Shown here: positions 62,254 through 64,000 of the stretch, piece after piece | Position numbering within the stretch: position 1 is the first letter of the stretch | How the letters are laid out: each line of letters opens with the position of its first letter | Assembly (NCBI GenBank): GCA_040954595.2 | Contig: CM082576.2 | Span: 1,040,648-1,104,647, forward strand | Direction of reading: 5' to 3' | Origin: Balanoglossus misakiensis | Taxonomy: Eukaryota; Animalia; Hemichordata | DNA: 64,000 nt | Notes under the pieces: model-generated | Databases searched by the model: none | Seen by the model: only the letters and a program-made list of their open reading frames with translations | What the model was told of the DNA's origin: nothing | Translations under genes and position numbers: made by a program

Positions 62254-64000
62254 TATTTTGTCTGTTTCTCTTGGTAAGTTTATCAAATGTTATGTTAATT
62301 ATTAATCGAACTTACAATATTGTGTTTGGATTGGATTTCATTTTAAGATATCCTCAAACACTACCAAGTATTGGTTTCTCCTACAAGTTTCATATATAGA
62401 GAATTGACACTTTACTTCACGATAGTGCATTTCCATATATATTATCTCTGATGTGGTTTCACATCTTTTTATATCCTCAGATTTATCATCATCAAAACAG
62501 ACTGAAGAAATGATAATTTGTAGGAATACACCTGAAGATTAACTGAGCAGGTGTCCACTGAATAAAGTGCAAAGGAACTTTTGCTGGTGGCTTTGCATTG
62601 AGACAGATCAGATGGAGCATTTGAGTGACTGGACAGGATCAAGAGGTTGCAGTGCAGATCACCAACTGGACACCAAAATTATGTAAATTGAATTATTTAG
62701 AAAAATTTAAATCAAATACTTAGTTTGCTATGCTAATTGCCAATATCAAAAGTAAACACATTTCTTGTGCCAAGTTGGTGTGTTTGTGTTGCCATAGTGA
62801 AGGTTGAATTGTGACTGTTTCTACTCTTGTAGCTGTCTTTGTCATTCTTTAGATGGAGCTGTGACTGTGACGGTTATGTGTGCCTTGTGCTTCACAGCAT
62901 AGACTTCAATTTTGCCTTCAAATCCCCCCCCCCCCAATTCTCTGGAAACATGGTCTTTAATTTAAAAAGTGTAGAAAGATTGCACCAGTTGCCATATTAA
63001 TGGTTCTACAATTTGGATTTGTTGAAGGCTGGCAGTAAAATGACCTCTCATGTGTAAACATATCTTGTGGTATTGACACAGGATATTACACCAATGATTT
63101 GTGGGTATTAACCAACACTGGTACACCATTTATAAAAGAACTCTGCTATGGATTAATGGACTAGCAAAACATGCTATGTAATCTAAATGATTGATGTGTC
63201 TGTAGTGAAGTATCCGAAATCAGAGGAAATCTGAGGTTGCTATTTATCTTCATTTTGTCTCTGTCAATTAAGGAAGTTATTGCGTCAGAACCAGTGTTGT
63301 TGATGGCTAACTACCGTACATCAGTTCTTGTAACATTGTTTGCCTTAAGTGCATACTTTACCATAATACTGCCAATTATTTCAACTCAGATTTTATTTCT
63401 AGCTTAATTCCAGCATGGTTAAATGGTGCATAAATTGGCCTTGTACATTAATCATTTTCATGAGAAGATATAAACAGAGGGCTTGTAACTTGAGAACCAT
63501 AGTTCTCTGATATTTCAGAGTCTATGCTTATTTTGTCTATATGTTGCTTCCAGTGTGAAAAGAAATTTTTTACAATTTTAGGAAGTATTTGTATTTTGTT
63601 TTTGAAATAAAGTGTCCCACTTGCAAGAATATACACAACTAAAGTTTCAATGAGTCCTGTCAACCTTCTCTAGTAGCATTTAATTCGAACTAATTAATTC
63701 TCAGGGAACCTAAATACAAGTTGTAGCTGCATTAAAACGAAAAAATTTTGTTGCATACATTTTCGTCCAGTGAAGTAGTATCCTGTCAGGTCATGATTGA
63801 GCAGAGAGAAGACCGTCCTTAGTTTTGTAATTTTCGAATGCGTACATTGGTTTATTTTCAAGCATCTTCGTGGCAATGTCAAATGTGCTAAATATCCGAT
63901 CAGGCTGGGCCGGTCACCACGGGCAACGCGACTCTCCAAATACCTTGTGTTTGACCCCCCCCCCCAGGGTCATTAAGGGTCAATACTTTAAAGACCCATG

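Overview
Gene-dense, AT-rich eukaryotic window with short spliceosomal introns, most consistent with a marine invertebrate animal; it is not prokaryotic, so most short ORFs in the track are exon fragments or noise. In order: (1) a 5'-truncated multi-exon CatSper-epsilon gene (+). One of its introns holds a TTAA-flanked Kolobok-like foldback transposon with ~635-bp inverted arms and a decayed P2X7-ballast-like ORF; another, GC-AG, intron holds a same-strand intronless aminergic-type GPCR. (2) CATSPER1 (-), tail-to-tail with CATSPERE, with a U12-type intron and no His-rich N-terminus. (3) alpha-SNAP (NAPA, +), head-to-head with CATSPER1. (4) A two-exon, signal-peptide-bearing tocopherol-cyclase-like gene (-). 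(5) Two tandem gustatory-receptor-like 7TM ion-channel genes (-). (6) NOXRED1 (-). (7) DUSP10/MKP5-like (-), head-to-head with (8) YLPM1 (+), which has a near-perfect 300-bp coding duplication, hexapeptide repeats, candidate micro/poison exons and a 3'UTR intron. Gene identities come from motif recognition and manual exon joining, not from database searches.
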